Of a stretch of 64,000 nucleotides of DNA, positions 14,386-26,912 are shown piece by piece. Below the pieces are notes generated by a model that ran no database searches, was not told the origin of the DNA, and saw only the letters and a list, made by a program, of their open reading frames with translations. This stretch comes from Octopus sinensis (lineage: Eukaryota), in the NCBI RefSeq assembly GCF_006345805.1, contig NC_042997.1, forward strand, positions 140,554,001 to 140,618,000. Reading direction: 5' to 3'. The position numbers and the translations under genes were made by a program. The first letter of the stretch is position 1. Each line of letters begins with the position of its first letter.

Positions 14386-14889
14386 GGCAAGACTTCCTTT
14401 TGTACCCCCACCAAAAACCCTCTTTTTTAATTTTTTTTCTATACATATTCGGCTACGGAGAATATGAATCTGCAAAAAATTTGCAAAAATCGGCATTTTG
14501 AAATTACCCTCTCCTAATTTCTTTTACTTTTTTCAGAATTTTTTTTTTTCAAAATATGCGCAAAAATATGGAGATTGTGATTCTGAAAAATTTCAAAAAA
14601 AATTTAGTAAAATTTCAAAATAAAAAATAAAAAATTACACCTCCCCCTCCCCTTGCAATGTATGGCTACTTTTTTCAGAAATTTTTTTTCTAAATGATTC
14701 TAAAAAAATTTTCCAAAAATGTTTGTAGTTAGGGCTAAGGGTGTTAGAGTTAGGGGGAAAAGAAAAAAAAATGAAGAAATTAGAGGGGAGGGGGCGAAAT
14801 TTTAAAAAAACTATTTTTGGCAATTTACCGGAATCTCCGTATCCGAAAACGGGTGTTTTTGTGGGGGAAAAATGGGAGGAAGTCTTTCC
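14386..14889. mobile_element. Merlin-like MITE (GG...CC ends, 8-bp TSD)
   Basis: TIR ggcaagacttcc / ggaagtctttcc; perfect TSD taaaataa at 14378-14385 and 14890-14897. Confidence 0.75.
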
Positions 14890-15523
14890 TAAAATAATCA
14901 AAATGAATCACAGTAAAAAAGACGAACACTCAAGATAAACTAGCATTTCACATTGTGATGATATAAAACAAAATGATTTAGGTGTTGTTCGTAATTAAAA
15001 TGAATGTATCAATATGACAACAGGTGTACGAGAACCGTTTTGTCACAATACGTACATATCTACATAAATGTCTCTCTTCTACGTAATATACGAGAGTATG
15101 TAAGGGTCAAAGCTCACTGGTTGTGACGGCAGCCTGGCTTAATTAAATTTGCAGCACGAAGTTTTCTGTTGTCACAGCTTACGTCTTTTCTCCAACTTCT
15201 GCTCCCCACCCCGAAAATTCCGTTGTCATGAATGCGCTTGGCGTTGATTACACCCGTTATCCTTGTTGCAGTTACGGTGATAAGTTACATAGAAGTAAAT
15301 AAAAAATTGTTAAATGTAAATTTATTTAAAATATCAATATCTTCCACTTGTTCCAGATGTTTATTCATTGTGTAATTTGGTTGTTTACGTTTTGTCGGCA
15401 ATATGGAGCTTTTTTATTTATTAATCTGTACTGTTTTACATATGGAAACAAATTAATGAAAGAAAACATAAGAACTTCATGTCATTGTTATGTGTGTATA
15501 TATATATATATATTATAACTAGA

Positions 15524-16004
15524 GGATCTTTTCCTTTTGAACGGCACTTTTCAACACAATTTCTAGTTAACTAAACACTTTTAAACTTCGTATAACTAGT
15601 AGAATGTGTTTATAAAACATCATTTTTTCTTGGCTTTATTGAGAAAATTTCTATAGGTTGTAAGATATTTCGTCTGAAATTTCGAGCATTTCGGCAATTT
15701 TAACCAATCGCTGGAGTCCATTTAGGTTAACAGCATTCCGTGCTGTATGAATATGTCCCTCCATTAAGAAACAGATTAGGTTTATTTACATTTGTGAAGG
15801 AAAAAGATACCCTTCCCCTAACCCTAACTAACCCTTGGTTAAAATTGCCGAAATGCTCGAAATATCTTACAACCTATAGAATTTTCTCAATAAAGCCAAG
15901 AAAAAATGAAGTTTTATAAACACATTCTACCAGAAAACGAAGTTTAAAAGTGTTCAGTTAACTAGAAATTATGTTACAAAGTGCCGTTCAAAAGGAAAAG
16001 ATCC
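15524..16004. mobile_element. Merlin-like foldback MITE
   Basis: GGATCTTTTCC...GGAAAAGATCC with ~170-185-bp inverted arms; perfect 8-bp TSD taactaga at 15516-15523 and 16005-16012. Confidence 0.85.
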
Positions 16005-16482
16005 TAACTAGATAGATTTAGAGACTGCCTCAACGTCAGTAACTGGATCTGCAAATCTGAGATAGGTCTGAATTCCTACAGAGGACGACACAGTAAGACG
16101 TAAAACTAAGAACATTGTGCAGCTGTATTCTTAATCCTCATTTGGCGAAGCGACGAGAGAGAGTCCAACAACATGCATGCATGTATCAGTTAATCAATTG
16201 ATCAACCGGTCATAAAATGCGGACGAGTTTGCCTCTCCAGAGCTGACTTCACAAATCACATATGTAAACACGATAAAAAGCCTAAGGTTGAATTCACCCA
16301 GTTTCCAGCAGTTAATCCTTTACGCAAATTATGTAGTAGAGAATTGTCCGGCCGATCTGGAGCCACAAACCTTAAAAGTACGCAAGGTGCTATACAGAAC
16401 GAGTACCTGATCGCAACACATAAATATGAGCGTCACACCTGCAGCAAAAAGTTAAGTTGCCTGCTGGCTTTAAAAGCCATTG

Positions 16483-16893
16483 GGATCTTTTCGGTTTGAC
16501 CGGCAGTTTTTTTGAAATAATCTCCACGTAACTAAACACTTTAAAACTTCGTATACTGGTAGAATGTGTTTATAAAACATCCTTTTCCCTTGGCTTTATT
16601 GAGAAAATTCGATGGTTTGTAAGATACTTGTTGTTTTTTTCTTCAATTTCTGCATTTTCAACCAATCAATGACGTCTATTGAGGTGAAAACATTCTGTGC
16701 CGTATGAATATGTCCCTCATTTAAGAAACAGATTGGGTTTATTTACATTTCTGAAGAAAAAAAAGATACCCTTCCCCCACCCCTAACCTTAAAACAGATT
16801 GAAATGCAATAGATCGATACTAGGGTCATAATTATGGGTGACAATTTCATATGACACCGCTAGAACAAACTGCCGTTCAAACCGAAAAGATCC
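16483..16893. mobile_element. Merlin-like MITE, same family as 15524-16004 but with short TIRs
   Basis: TIR ggatcttttcggtttga.cggcagttt / aaactgccgttcaaaccgaaaagatcc; degenerate TSD agccattg / agtcgttg; internal sequence homologous to 15524-15830. Confidence 0.8.
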
Positions 16894-17345
16894 AGTCGTT
16901 GTAAATCCCAGGTTCATTAAGAAAAAAAGAAAAGAAAAATAAATCCAGAAACATGATAACTTGTGAAGGTCATGCTCGCCTAACAAGTTTACAGCTATCA
17001 TCGTAAAAATACATTAAAAAAATCTTTTTTTTACTCAAGGAATGTGAAACAAAATAAATAAATGAGAGAGAGAGAGCGATTCAGTTTATTTCATTCATTT
17101 AGTTACATTTTCAAATACAGATTAACCTCTCCCAGTTTGTAAACATTGCTTACAAGAACTATGCTGGGTGGTAACGAAAAAGTAACTTCGAACACTTTTA
17201 TATTCTAGGCATTTTTGTTTTATCTTGCAGTCACTCAAGTGTAACAGATATTGCAGCTCCAATGTAGCATATGCTGCGACAAATATATAATAACGCAAAT
17301 TAAAAATGGAGAAATTCAAATTTTCTACTGTTTCTTATGATAAAA

Positions 17346-17853
17346 CTAGCAGTATCGCCCGGCGTTGCTCGGCTTGTAAGGGAAATAACTATATAAGCAT
17401 TTTTAGATAGTTACTTCCCTTATAGATGCCAATTCGGGCTTTCTTAGCCATTTCTGTTTTGGTGTCTTCAAGCCATGAAGTCGTTGTTCTAAAAGAACGC
17501 TGGTTTCCTTCACAACGCATTACGACGTTGATTTCTTTACACTCCCTTCCCCACAGCTTCACGAGGGAGGGAAGGGGGAGAAGCAAACAGGTGCAGCTGT
17601 GAGCGTGGACGCCAACTCCGCCGCCATCGACACACGATGCATTTTATGCATTAAAATGGAATAAAAAATGTTAAATTATTTTTAAAATCGTAGACTCATC
17701 GTTGACGCGCGCTAATAGTCAGACGGGCTCGATATTAATCACGACTATAAGATACCCGAATTTGGTTAAAATGCACCGCAAAATGTGGGAGGAGTTAGGA
17801 ATCTAAATCGAAGGGGACAGACACTCACACAACTAGAGTTTTATATATATAGA
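17346..17853 (-). mobile_element. Non-autonomous Helitron
   Basis: Minus strand starts A|TCTATATATATAAAA and ends with GC hairpin ccgagcaacgccgg then ...tactgCTAG|T: TC...CTAG termini, inserted between A and T, no TSD. Confidence 0.88.
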
Positions 17854-17879
17854 TGTGCTAAATAAGAAATTATATTCAA

Positions 17880-19080
17880 ATAGAAATGCACTCGGAGAGC
17901 GCAGACCTCCGCCAAGCAGCTCATTTCCACCCATATACACGCTTGCTGAAAATCGCCCAATTTCCCAAACCAACGCCGGCAAAAACATAACCCACTCCCA
18001 TACTTCTCTCGACTATCGTCATCATCAACACTGTCTCTGCTTTCACCACAATCACCGTCAAAACTACGATCACCACAATCAGTTTCTTTACAAAGTTGAA
18101 AATTCATTATCCGATACTCATGGGGCCGAGATTGTTGCAGATTTTTGATTTTTCTAATTTCGGAGTGCTTTATTTAAAAGAAAAATAAATGCATCTACAA
18201 AACGGAACAGTTTGAGGATAGAAACCAGGTCTAAACACAATAGCTTATAGACATACTCTGAATGTAGTTCTATATAAATCTTTAATAATTTTTTAATACT
18301 TAAGACCATCGGAAATGTTAAGATATCAACCTCTACCCACGTTGTCATGCTTTGATTAAAAGGTTACAGCATAGATTAGATTAGATTACCTAGATAAGTT
18401 GACTCAGGCCATGTCTAATTTAATAGCACCATCTGGAAGAGATACACAGTCAGCTCTGGGGAATCGTAGCCCATTCAAGCAGAGGGTTATTGTTTTCAGA
18501 GACATGTTTGGGTGTGGGTGGTTTATCTGGTTTTTGTTGGGGGTAATCATCTAGGGATCGTTTGAATGCCGTGAAGTCACTTTCCTCCTTTATGTGTGTC
18601 TGGCATGATGTTGAAGAGAGCAGGGCTAATTGAGGTGAAATAGTTCTGTCATAGTGTTGTGATACGACACGAACATTTCTGTAGTGGACGGGTAGCACGG
18701 GGGCCAAGCCTCGGACGAATTTTAAAGATGGGCAATGTTGATGGAATATTTTCCACATCATACAAATGATATAGAGTTCACAGCGGCGGTGGAGGAAGCA
18801 AAGCCTGAGCTTTTTGAGTCAATTCCAATAGTCAAGGCTTGTCATGTCATCTTCCGCAGACCTCCGCCAGATACGCGAGTAAAATTACCAATAGAGAAAC
18901 GAAAATAAACTTTGGAAACAGCAACACCACTAGGTTACGTGCAAATCTATTCCTTGTGTCATTACCAACTTTTCCTGCGAATTTCATCAAATACCGTTCT
19001 CAACCTTTTGAGTTATTTTGTACACAGACGGACAAACCAACGCTGATGAAAACATAACCTCCTTCCTTGGCGGGGGTAAC
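17880..19080 (+). mobile_element. Helentron-associated (HINE/DINE-like) non-autonomous element, interrupted by a LINE fragment
   Basis: Subterminal inverted repeat acctccgccaag (17905-17916) / cttggcgggggt (19066-19077); terminal aaacataacctcc hairpin arm; acagacggacaaac tract; gcagacctccgcca repeated at 18856. Confidence 0.55.
18450..18845 (-). mobile_element. Decayed 3' end of a CR1/L2-like LINE ORF2
   Basis: LDYWN.LKKLRLCFLHRRCELYIICMMWKI...FKRSLDDY...PDKPPTP...NNNPLLEW, frameshifted. Confidence 0.7.
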
Positions 19081-19769
19081 AATTCTTTCTACTAGAGGCA
19101 CAAAACCTGAAATTTGGGGGGAAGGGGGATAGCCGCTTACATCGACTCCAGTGCTTGACTGGTACTTGTTTCATCGACTCTGAAAAGATGAAGGGAAAGT
19201 CGACCTTTGCCGAACGGTATATTCAATAATGGAAGCATGTTGTACAACTTAGCGTATTCTTTTTTAGAAAGGTAAAATCGTAATTAATTGGGTTTACTGA
19301 AAAGAAAGAAAAAATATATAAAAGAAACAAAGCCATGGCATGATTATGTCGTTAAGAATCTCGCTTAGCGATCATGTGGTTTCAGGTTCAATCCTACTTC
19401 GCGGTACTTTGGGAAAATGTCTTCTACAATATCTCTGGGCTGGTCAACGCCTTGTGAGTGAATATGGTAAACGGAAACTGTAGAATGCTACACGCACGCG
19501 CGCATATGTGTGCGTTTGTCTCCCCCCACCCGTTTGTCAACCGATGTTGGCTTATTTACATCCCCGTAAAGTAGCGATTCGGCAGAAGAACCGATAGAAT
19601 AAAGTACCAGACTTAAGAAATAAAGCACGAAGTTCGATTAAAGTTTAATTATTAGACCTTTCAATGCCGTCGCAGTCCAAGGACTGAAAACAAGAGAATG
19701 GCTAAAATGGTAATTGATTTGACTTATTGACAAAAATAATAATTTTGTTCAAAAGAAATTTACAACGGT

Positions 19770-20060
19770 ATAATCGTAATTAATTTGGTTTAATGAAAAA
19801 TAAATAAAGTAAAATCAAAATTAATTAGGGTTTACTGAAAAACAACTGTCAATGTTTTTAAATTAAATTTAGATTTACTGAAGAATAAAATTGTCGATGT
19901 TGTTTCTTAAATGTTATTTAGGTTTACTGAAAAAGAAATTGTCAACGTTGTTTTAAAATTTAATTTAGGCTTAATGATGAAATAAAAAACCAATTATCAA
20001 TATGTTTTTTAATTTAATTTAGGCTTATTGAAAAAATAATTGTCAACGTGTTCTTAAATA
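19770..20060. repeat. Diverged ~55-60-bp tandem repeat
   Basis: About five units of aatttaggtttactgaaaaa...ttgtcaa(c/t)gtt. Confidence 0.7.
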
Positions 20061-21606
20061 TAATTTGTATGAACCGCCCTTTCAAAGTATTTTACTAACC
20101 GAAGCAACTGGAGGTGGGAGAACTGCTTAAATATATATTATACGTGAAGAGAAAGGTTGTTGAACGAACACTCGCTGCCATAAAAGGCCTCTCACATGGC
20201 TGAGACAGAGGAGAAAAAAACAAAATGTTAAAACACCCAGGGCATGGGTTGTAGTGTTGCTTTTTTTTACGTTATTTTTTCCAAGCTATTTTTACCTTCG
20301 TTTCGTGTGTGTCCCCCACCACCGCACACAGTTACACACACATATATAGGTGTTATACTCTCTTACTGAGGGTACTTAAAATATGACTAACTCTTAAGTG
20401 TTCACCCTATAAATAATGTATATTATTTATGATTGTATTCTTTTAACGTGGAAGTGAATTTAAAAGATAACGAAAGGGTTCCGTTATACTCGTATCATTT
20501 TCCTTCCACCATATTTTCTTTCTGTACTCAAGTGTAGTAAATGTGAGAGTTTATGTAATATCAATTAACTTCTATGTCAATATTGCATATTATAATATAG
20601 TGCTACGATAAAACAAGTGGAAGATTTGCTGTAGATAATAACGTCACTCGTTTCCTTGAAGTGAGAACAAAAAACATCTTTAAATGTGGTTTCTAACTTT
20701 AGCACGAAGTGTCATGTTTCTAGAGGTGAAAAAATAGTTGATTGAATGAATGGTGAACGGAAATAAAATCATTGAGGAAGGGGAATAGACGGCGTATTCC
20801 ATTACAATGTTGTATGTAGACAATAGTTAGAAATAATTAAGTCGCTTATTAATTAACAGACAATACACGACGCGTGCAGAATGAAGAATTATGTAATGGG
20901 AAAATAATTACATTTTATGTAATATAATATATAAAATGAAAAGAAGAAAACCCATTAATTCTGATTTTATTGGAGTTCAATACCTTTTTAGGCGCACTGG
21001 GCAGTTACTTTGTTCCGAGGGCTCTGCGGGTTTAGGGGACTAGAGCTAATTCGAGTATAAGATGATATTCTTGTAGGCTGATTATGAAGGGTACCTCAGT
21101 ACATTACTTTGTATGGGGAGTTGGGTCACAATACTGCAGGATGGCTCTGAGTCTAACATTTTTCTTGCGTTTTTTTTTTTCTTCCAGGTTAGATTAACTA
21201 CCCAGTTCCCCATTAAGTGACTGGTTCGTTATTTTATCAGCCCCCGCATGAAAAGCTAAATCAATTCCAGCACTACTTTAACTGAGAACGAAGTCAAAAT
21301 ATTTACTTTTGCATTCCTATTATATGCTACATCGCCCATCCTAGCTGTATGAAAGTCCTGTTATTTCTACTTGGTCACATTTATGACATGTAAATAAAAA
21401 CGTGCGACATTACAAGGCCATTTTACCGGATACGTCAGCCTTTGTGCGATCGTTCGGTTTGGCAAAAATAGCAGCTAAATCTTCTTCATTTTGCGCTTTA
21501 TCTTCTGACTCTGATTATAGATTTGTTTATTCAAGGATGATCTGCAGCTAAACATGTTAAGCCGTTGTTGTTTAGTCCCAGTTCAAACCTGATGGAACAG
21601 ATAGAC

Positions 21607-22235
21607 CAGTGGTTCTCTACCGGGGTCCATGTAAGATTTTTGGGGATCCACGCAACAAAATAGTAAATTGGGGATCCACAATATTATAAAAACCCTTGAA
21701 AAGATTTAGCTTTAGATGTATGTATTGCAAGAAACAGCTGGGTTTCTTTCTCTGACATTTTACATAGTTCAACCTACACAAGTGAATGTGTGAAAAACAA
21801 AACAGGAATTTTGAAAGAAGTTTCTAAAAAATTAGTTTTTAAACATCAAATGGCTATGAGGTCCACTAGAATAAAATAGTTAACAGAAGGGGTCCATGCT
21901 TTGAAAAACAGTAAATTTGGGATCCACAATGGTATTATAAGAGGACCTGGAATGATTTTGCTTTAGATGTATGTATTGGTATGTATTGCAAGAAACAGCT
22001 GGGTTTCTTTCTCAAACATTTTACATAGTTCAGCCTATATGATGTGTGAAAAACAAAATAGGAATTTTGAATGAAACCAGTAGTTCTCAACCAGAGTCTA
22101 CATGACACTTAGGGGTCCACATAAGACAGGAGTTAACCAAAGGGGGTCCGAGGGACTTCCTAGGGCTTGGCAAGGAATTACAGGGGGTCGATGATAGCCA
22201 AAGGGTCGAATGGGGGTCAGTGTGCGAAAGACCAG
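21607..22235. mobile_element. Nested hAT-like MITE remnants with internal duplication
   Basis: Two CAGTRGTTCTC.ACC starts (21607, 22078); ~21660-21820 repeated at ~21910-22070; matching right TIRs not clear. Confidence 0.5.
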
Positions 22236-23540
22236 CTCACCCAGAAGTGCTTGGTTCCATGAGTTGTGTATAAAACAGTGGAAAGAAATACAAGAAAACG
22301 AGTTTTCAATGAACTGCAATACTTTATTTATCTGCTAAATGAATTTGTACAGTGACCCAGTTGGATACATCATGAAGATAACACTCTGTAGAAAACATTC
22401 ATAGTCTGCTTCTCAACTCGGTTGAAACTTGGCAAACAGAAACAAAATGACATAACATAGCTCACTGAAAATTCTCACCTTGCTGGCGAAAACAGGAAAA
22501 ATTCTTTTATTTATTGATGATTAGAGGCTTAAAACAGCATTTGATTTTCCTGTGCTGCTTGGTCTATCACACAACACATTTGAATACAAAACTGTACCCC
22601 ACATAAAACTAAACCAATCCAAGAAATAGACTCAGTCAAGTATTACACCATTACATGACTGGTTTATGTGACCAATCGTTAGGAACATGCAGGATGAGCC
22701 GATTTCCAACTATTTTCATTCTTTAAGCCTAAACAATCTGACAATTAACAGTCTCGCTACACTTCTACAATGCACAAGATGTTTTAAGAATATTTTAATA
22801 CAGATCCAAGTTATATTTAATTATAAAAATAAAATAAGGTATTTTGAAACTTCAAATGGCTATGGGTGTCCAGTAGAATAAAATAGGAATTAAAGTAAAA
22901 AATAGAACAAACATTTGAATATGTGTGTGTATGTATATGTATATGCGTGAAATGGTCATGATAGAAAGTAATTGAATCTCTAAAAATTTTCTGTATGATG
23001 TGTGAGCCCAGGGTAAAAGACCAGCACACAGACTAAAGTTAAGATATAAGTACTTTATCAAGAATACACCGAAGGTCAAAATCTTGGAAACTAGATGGAA
23101 AAAATCTTATGCAGGAAAGCAATGCTTGATGGCTGGAGGGAATTGGAACAAAGTTGCATCAAGCATTCACTGCTCAAAAGAGATGGTTTGTAAGGGTCTT
23201 GATGTGAATTGCCTGAGTATGTTAGCGCAGAGCCCAGTTTAAGCTGTAACAATAATACACAATTATATTTGATGTAGAGGCACATACCTTAGTGGTTAGG
23301 GTGTTGAACTCCCGATCATAAGATTGTGGTTTTGATTTCTGGACTGGGTAATGTATTGTGTTCTTGAGTAAGACACTTCGTTTCACATTACTCCAGTCCC
23401 TTCAGTTTGTAAAATGAGTAATCCTGTTTAATCTAGGTGTACCTGTTGATGAAGACTTCGCCGAGCAAATTATTTTATTTGCTAAAAAAAAGTCTGACAC
23501 CATGGTATCAGGAGATAGATGGTAAATGTTTTTATTTTTC

Positions 23541-24155
23541 ATTCCCTTTGAGTTTTTATCCCTAATAGTGGTTTGGACTTTAGCTGTTCCTTCTAGCGTG
23601 AAAGGAAACCTATGATGGATACCTCTTATGTTTAAATGTACACTGTATTTATATGAATAATATATAGTCTATTGGCTTATTTTTCTACACACTAGGCCGC
23701 AGGCAGTAAACATTTCTAAAATCTTTATTACCCTGATATTGATTATATATGTATAGTTAAAATTTATAGAAAAACAAAAGTCGAAGACAGGTGTATGAAA
23801 AAGCCTGTAGATTTTGCAGTCAAGCATGGGGAATATATATATATATATATATTCCCTTTGAGTTTTTATCCCTAATAGTGGTTTGGACTTTAGCTGTTCC
23901 TTCTAGCGTGAAAGGAAACCTATGATGGATACCTCTTATGTTTAAATGTACACTGTATTTATATGAATAATATATAGTCTATTGACTAATTTTTCTACAC
24001 ACTAGGCCGCAGGCAGTAAACATTTCTAAAATCTTTATTACCCTGATATTGATTATATATGTATAGTTAAAATTTATAGAAAAACAAAAATCGAAGACAC
24101 GTGTATGAAAAAAACCTGTAGATTTTGCAGTTAAGCATGGGGAATATATATATAT
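23541..24155. repeat. Tandem duplication, 2 x ~310 bp
   Basis: Units begin attccctttgagttt at 23541 and 23851 and end in (AT)n; a handful of substitutions. Confidence 0.95.
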
Positions 24156-25189
24156 GTAGTTCAAATTTACAGTAAACAATAGATGAAGACAGGTGAGGGA
24201 AAAACAAGCAGGTGTATTAGTTTGAAGATCAGGAAGAATGGAAAAGTCTTTGATGTTTTGGGTGTATGTTCTTAACAGAGAGGGTTGAGAGGGGAAAAAA
24301 TGGAGAGAGAATGAAAAAGTGGAGAGAGAAAAACATGTGTTGGGATTAATGGTTCAACACGATAAGTTGTGTGTGTGTGTAAAGTGTTATTGGTAAAGGA
24401 TTATAAATCCAGATCAAATACTTGGCAAGCTCTCTGTTATTACAAATACACTAGACTAACAGAATGTTTTCAGATTGGTATAGAACTCCAGGAAATCCTA
24501 TGATAAGGTCCAAAGTTGATGTCCATCACCAGTTGATTTTTGTGAATCCATAGTTTTACTCCCCAGTTAAACTGGTCTTTTTCACAGAGTGACATACAAG
24601 AAAAGGTATAATTAATTGTCTTTGAATAATTCTTTATTTGTGCATCTAGATGCACCAATAAAGAAAACTCATATATATTTGTGTGTGTGTGTGTACATAT
24701 ATATTATGTATGTGTGTATGTATATGTAGGTGTGTATATGTATGTATGCTACAACTATTTTGTTAAGCGTGTCTCAGTATCAGTCATTTGCATTAAAAAA
24801 AAATAATTAAAAAATCTCAGATGAGAGTGCACATCAACAAAACAATAGCAAGTAGGCAGCTGTAAAATACATTAACTGCAGCATTTTTCTAAACAAGTCA
24901 TTATCAAAATATTGCATGAAAACCTTTTCAGGTTTGAAAAAACTACTAAGTCCTGTAAAGTAGCTGTTAATTGGAATGCTATTATTGAGCTGCACACTTT
25001 TTAAAGGTTAAAAGGAAACACAAACTTTCGAAAAAGCATGAAAACTTTTTGAATATATTTTTTTAATTGTTTATTCCTGTGAATTGTTCTGCAAACTTTT
25101 GATGAAGGAACACTTTGAGTGACCCCTAATCTAAAAGGGGAAAAAAAATCATGTCACCTATTTACTTGGTTTATTAAAGTTACAATGAA

Positions 25190-25520
25190 GGCACATGGCA
25201 CAGTGGTTAGAGCATCGAGCTTATGATCATGAGGCTGTGAGTTCAATTCCCAGACTGGGCTGTGTGTTGTATTCTTGAGCAAGACACTTTATTTCATGTT
25301 TCTCCAGTTAACTCAGCTGTAGAAATGAGTTGTGACATCACTGCTGCCAAGCTGTATCAGCCTTTGCATTTCCCTTGGATACCATCAGTGGTGTGGCGAG
25401 GGGAGACTGGTATGCATGGGCGACTGCTGGCCTTCCATAAACAACCTTGCCCAGACTTGTGCCTCAGAGCGTAACTTTCTAGGTGCAATCCCATGGTCAT
25501 TCATGACTGAAGGGGGTCTC
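25190..25520 (+). mobile_element. tRNA-derived SINE family D (Meta-domain-like). Partial copies: ~23278-23425(+), 54153-54432(+), 27900-28025(-)
   Basis: Head ggcacatggc..agtggttag, B box gagttcaattcc, body gttgt.ttcttgagcaagacacttt...cagctgtagaaatgagt. Confidence 0.75.
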
Positions 25521-25985
25521 CTCCTCTCTAAAGTTACAATATAATGACCCTGTAATCCCACAGTTTTGACATATATCTGGTTTCCAGTTTGTTTAGCTAA
25601 ATCTTTTCAAGCACAGTTGCAATTCAGTAAATGCAACCAGTAAAAGGTAAAATATATGCCTACCTGATCTCACTTGACCTAGGGTTAAACACAAGTAAAG
25701 ATCATATAAAAAGAAAGGCACATATCATATTAGAAGTCGCAATCAAAGCACATCCACTAACTACTAACTGAAACCAATGTAATGGGCATGGTTTGTAAAT
25801 GTAGCAGTCTCTGCCTTGACATGTTCAACTATCCATAATCATGTAGACATATGCACAACATAATAGAATACAACTGCAACACAATCCATGCTTATATGGG
25901 CCAGACACAATTCATTGAGACAGATTTTTTATGACCAGATGCTCTTCCTGTTGCCAACTCTGTTTTTAAACTAGTGTTTCATTAA

Positions 25986-26207
25986 CCCTTTCGTTACTGC
26001 ATTTATTTTGAGATGCTCTGTGTTTCTTTTAATCATTTCAAATATAACAAAGAATTTAGTAAAATAACTTAGTTATCATTAAGCTAGTGTTAGGAACATA
26101 AATTGTGACTAAGGTTTGGTGGAAGATTTTTAATTCAAAACTTATGAAAACAAGACATTTGTACTACAGAGCCAGAGCCGGTTTCAGCCGGGTTGATAAT
26201 AAAAGGG
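25986..26207. mobile_element. piggyBac-like MITE
   Basis: TTAA-CCCTTT...AAAGGG-TTAA; reverse-oriented homologues at 58255-58471 and ~27293-27828. Confidence 0.8.
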
Positions 26208-26519
26208 TTAAAGCTAGACATGTTTTAACAGAAGATTGAAAACATAAAACTGCATTTTTATGGTGACACCCATTTAAAACTCCTGTGTGATGTCAAGGCA
26301 GGGAGACACACACACACACACGTGTGCATATGCAGTATACTTCTTTCAGCTTTCATCTAAGTTCACTTTCAAGGCTTTGGTCAGCCTGGTGCTATAGTAG
26401 AAGACTCTTGCCCAAGATGCCATGCAATGGTACTGAACCCAAAATCACTTAGTTGGGAAGGAAACTTCTTAAACACACCAATGCCTGTAACTACAACCAC
26501 ATCAGACAAGAATGTTAGC

Positions 26520-26912
26520 AGCATAGGAGTGGCTGTGTGGTAAGTAGCTTGCTTATGAGCCACATGGTTCCAGGTTCAGTCCCACTGTGTGGCACCTTGG
26601 GCAAGTGTCTTCTGCTATAGCCTTGGGCCGACCAAAGCCTCGTGAGTGGATTTGGTAGACAGAAACTGAAAGAAGCCCGTTGTATATATGTATGTGTGTG
26701 TATATGTTTGTGTGTCTGTGTTTGTCCCCTCCCCAACATCGCTTGACAACTGATGCTGATGTGTTTACGTCCCCCGTAACTTAGTGGTTCAACAGAAGAA
26801 ACCGATAGAATAAGTACTAGGCTTACAAAGAATAAGTCCTGGGGTCGAGTTGCTCGACTAAAGGTGGTGCTCCAGTATGGCCACAGCCACATGACTGAAA
26901 CAAATAAAAGAG
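26520..26912 (+). mobile_element. Full-length tRNA-derived SINE, family A. Other copies: ~1330-2090(-), 9055-9210(+), 19335-19697(+), 31237-31395(+), 37045-37208(-), 37332-37685(+), 43870-44025(-), 46655-46815(+), 51730-51890(-), 53470-53620(+), 59455-59700(-), 60580-60830(-)
   Basis: A-box-like tggctgtgtggt, B-box-like ggttcagtccc, ccttgggcaagtgtcttc body, central TA/TG microsatellite, tail ...atgactgaaacaa.taaaagag. Confidence 0.85.

Larger units (their letters stand above)
14000..21500. promoter_or_regulatory. CpG-retaining, putatively unmethylated domain; candidate regulatory or promoter region
   Basis: CG dinucleotides are visibly frequent here in unique and repeat DNA, and are replaced by TG/CA in most homologous SINE copies elsewhere. 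Not counted. Confidence 0.45.

Noticed and set aside
19770-20060. CRISPR-like array
   Set aside because: Degenerate tandem units without unique spacers, eukaryotic context, no cas genes.
21105-21150. LYGELG as the SLC7 YAELG motif of a missing upstream exon
   Set aside because: Flanking residues do not match and a stop follows within 8 codons.
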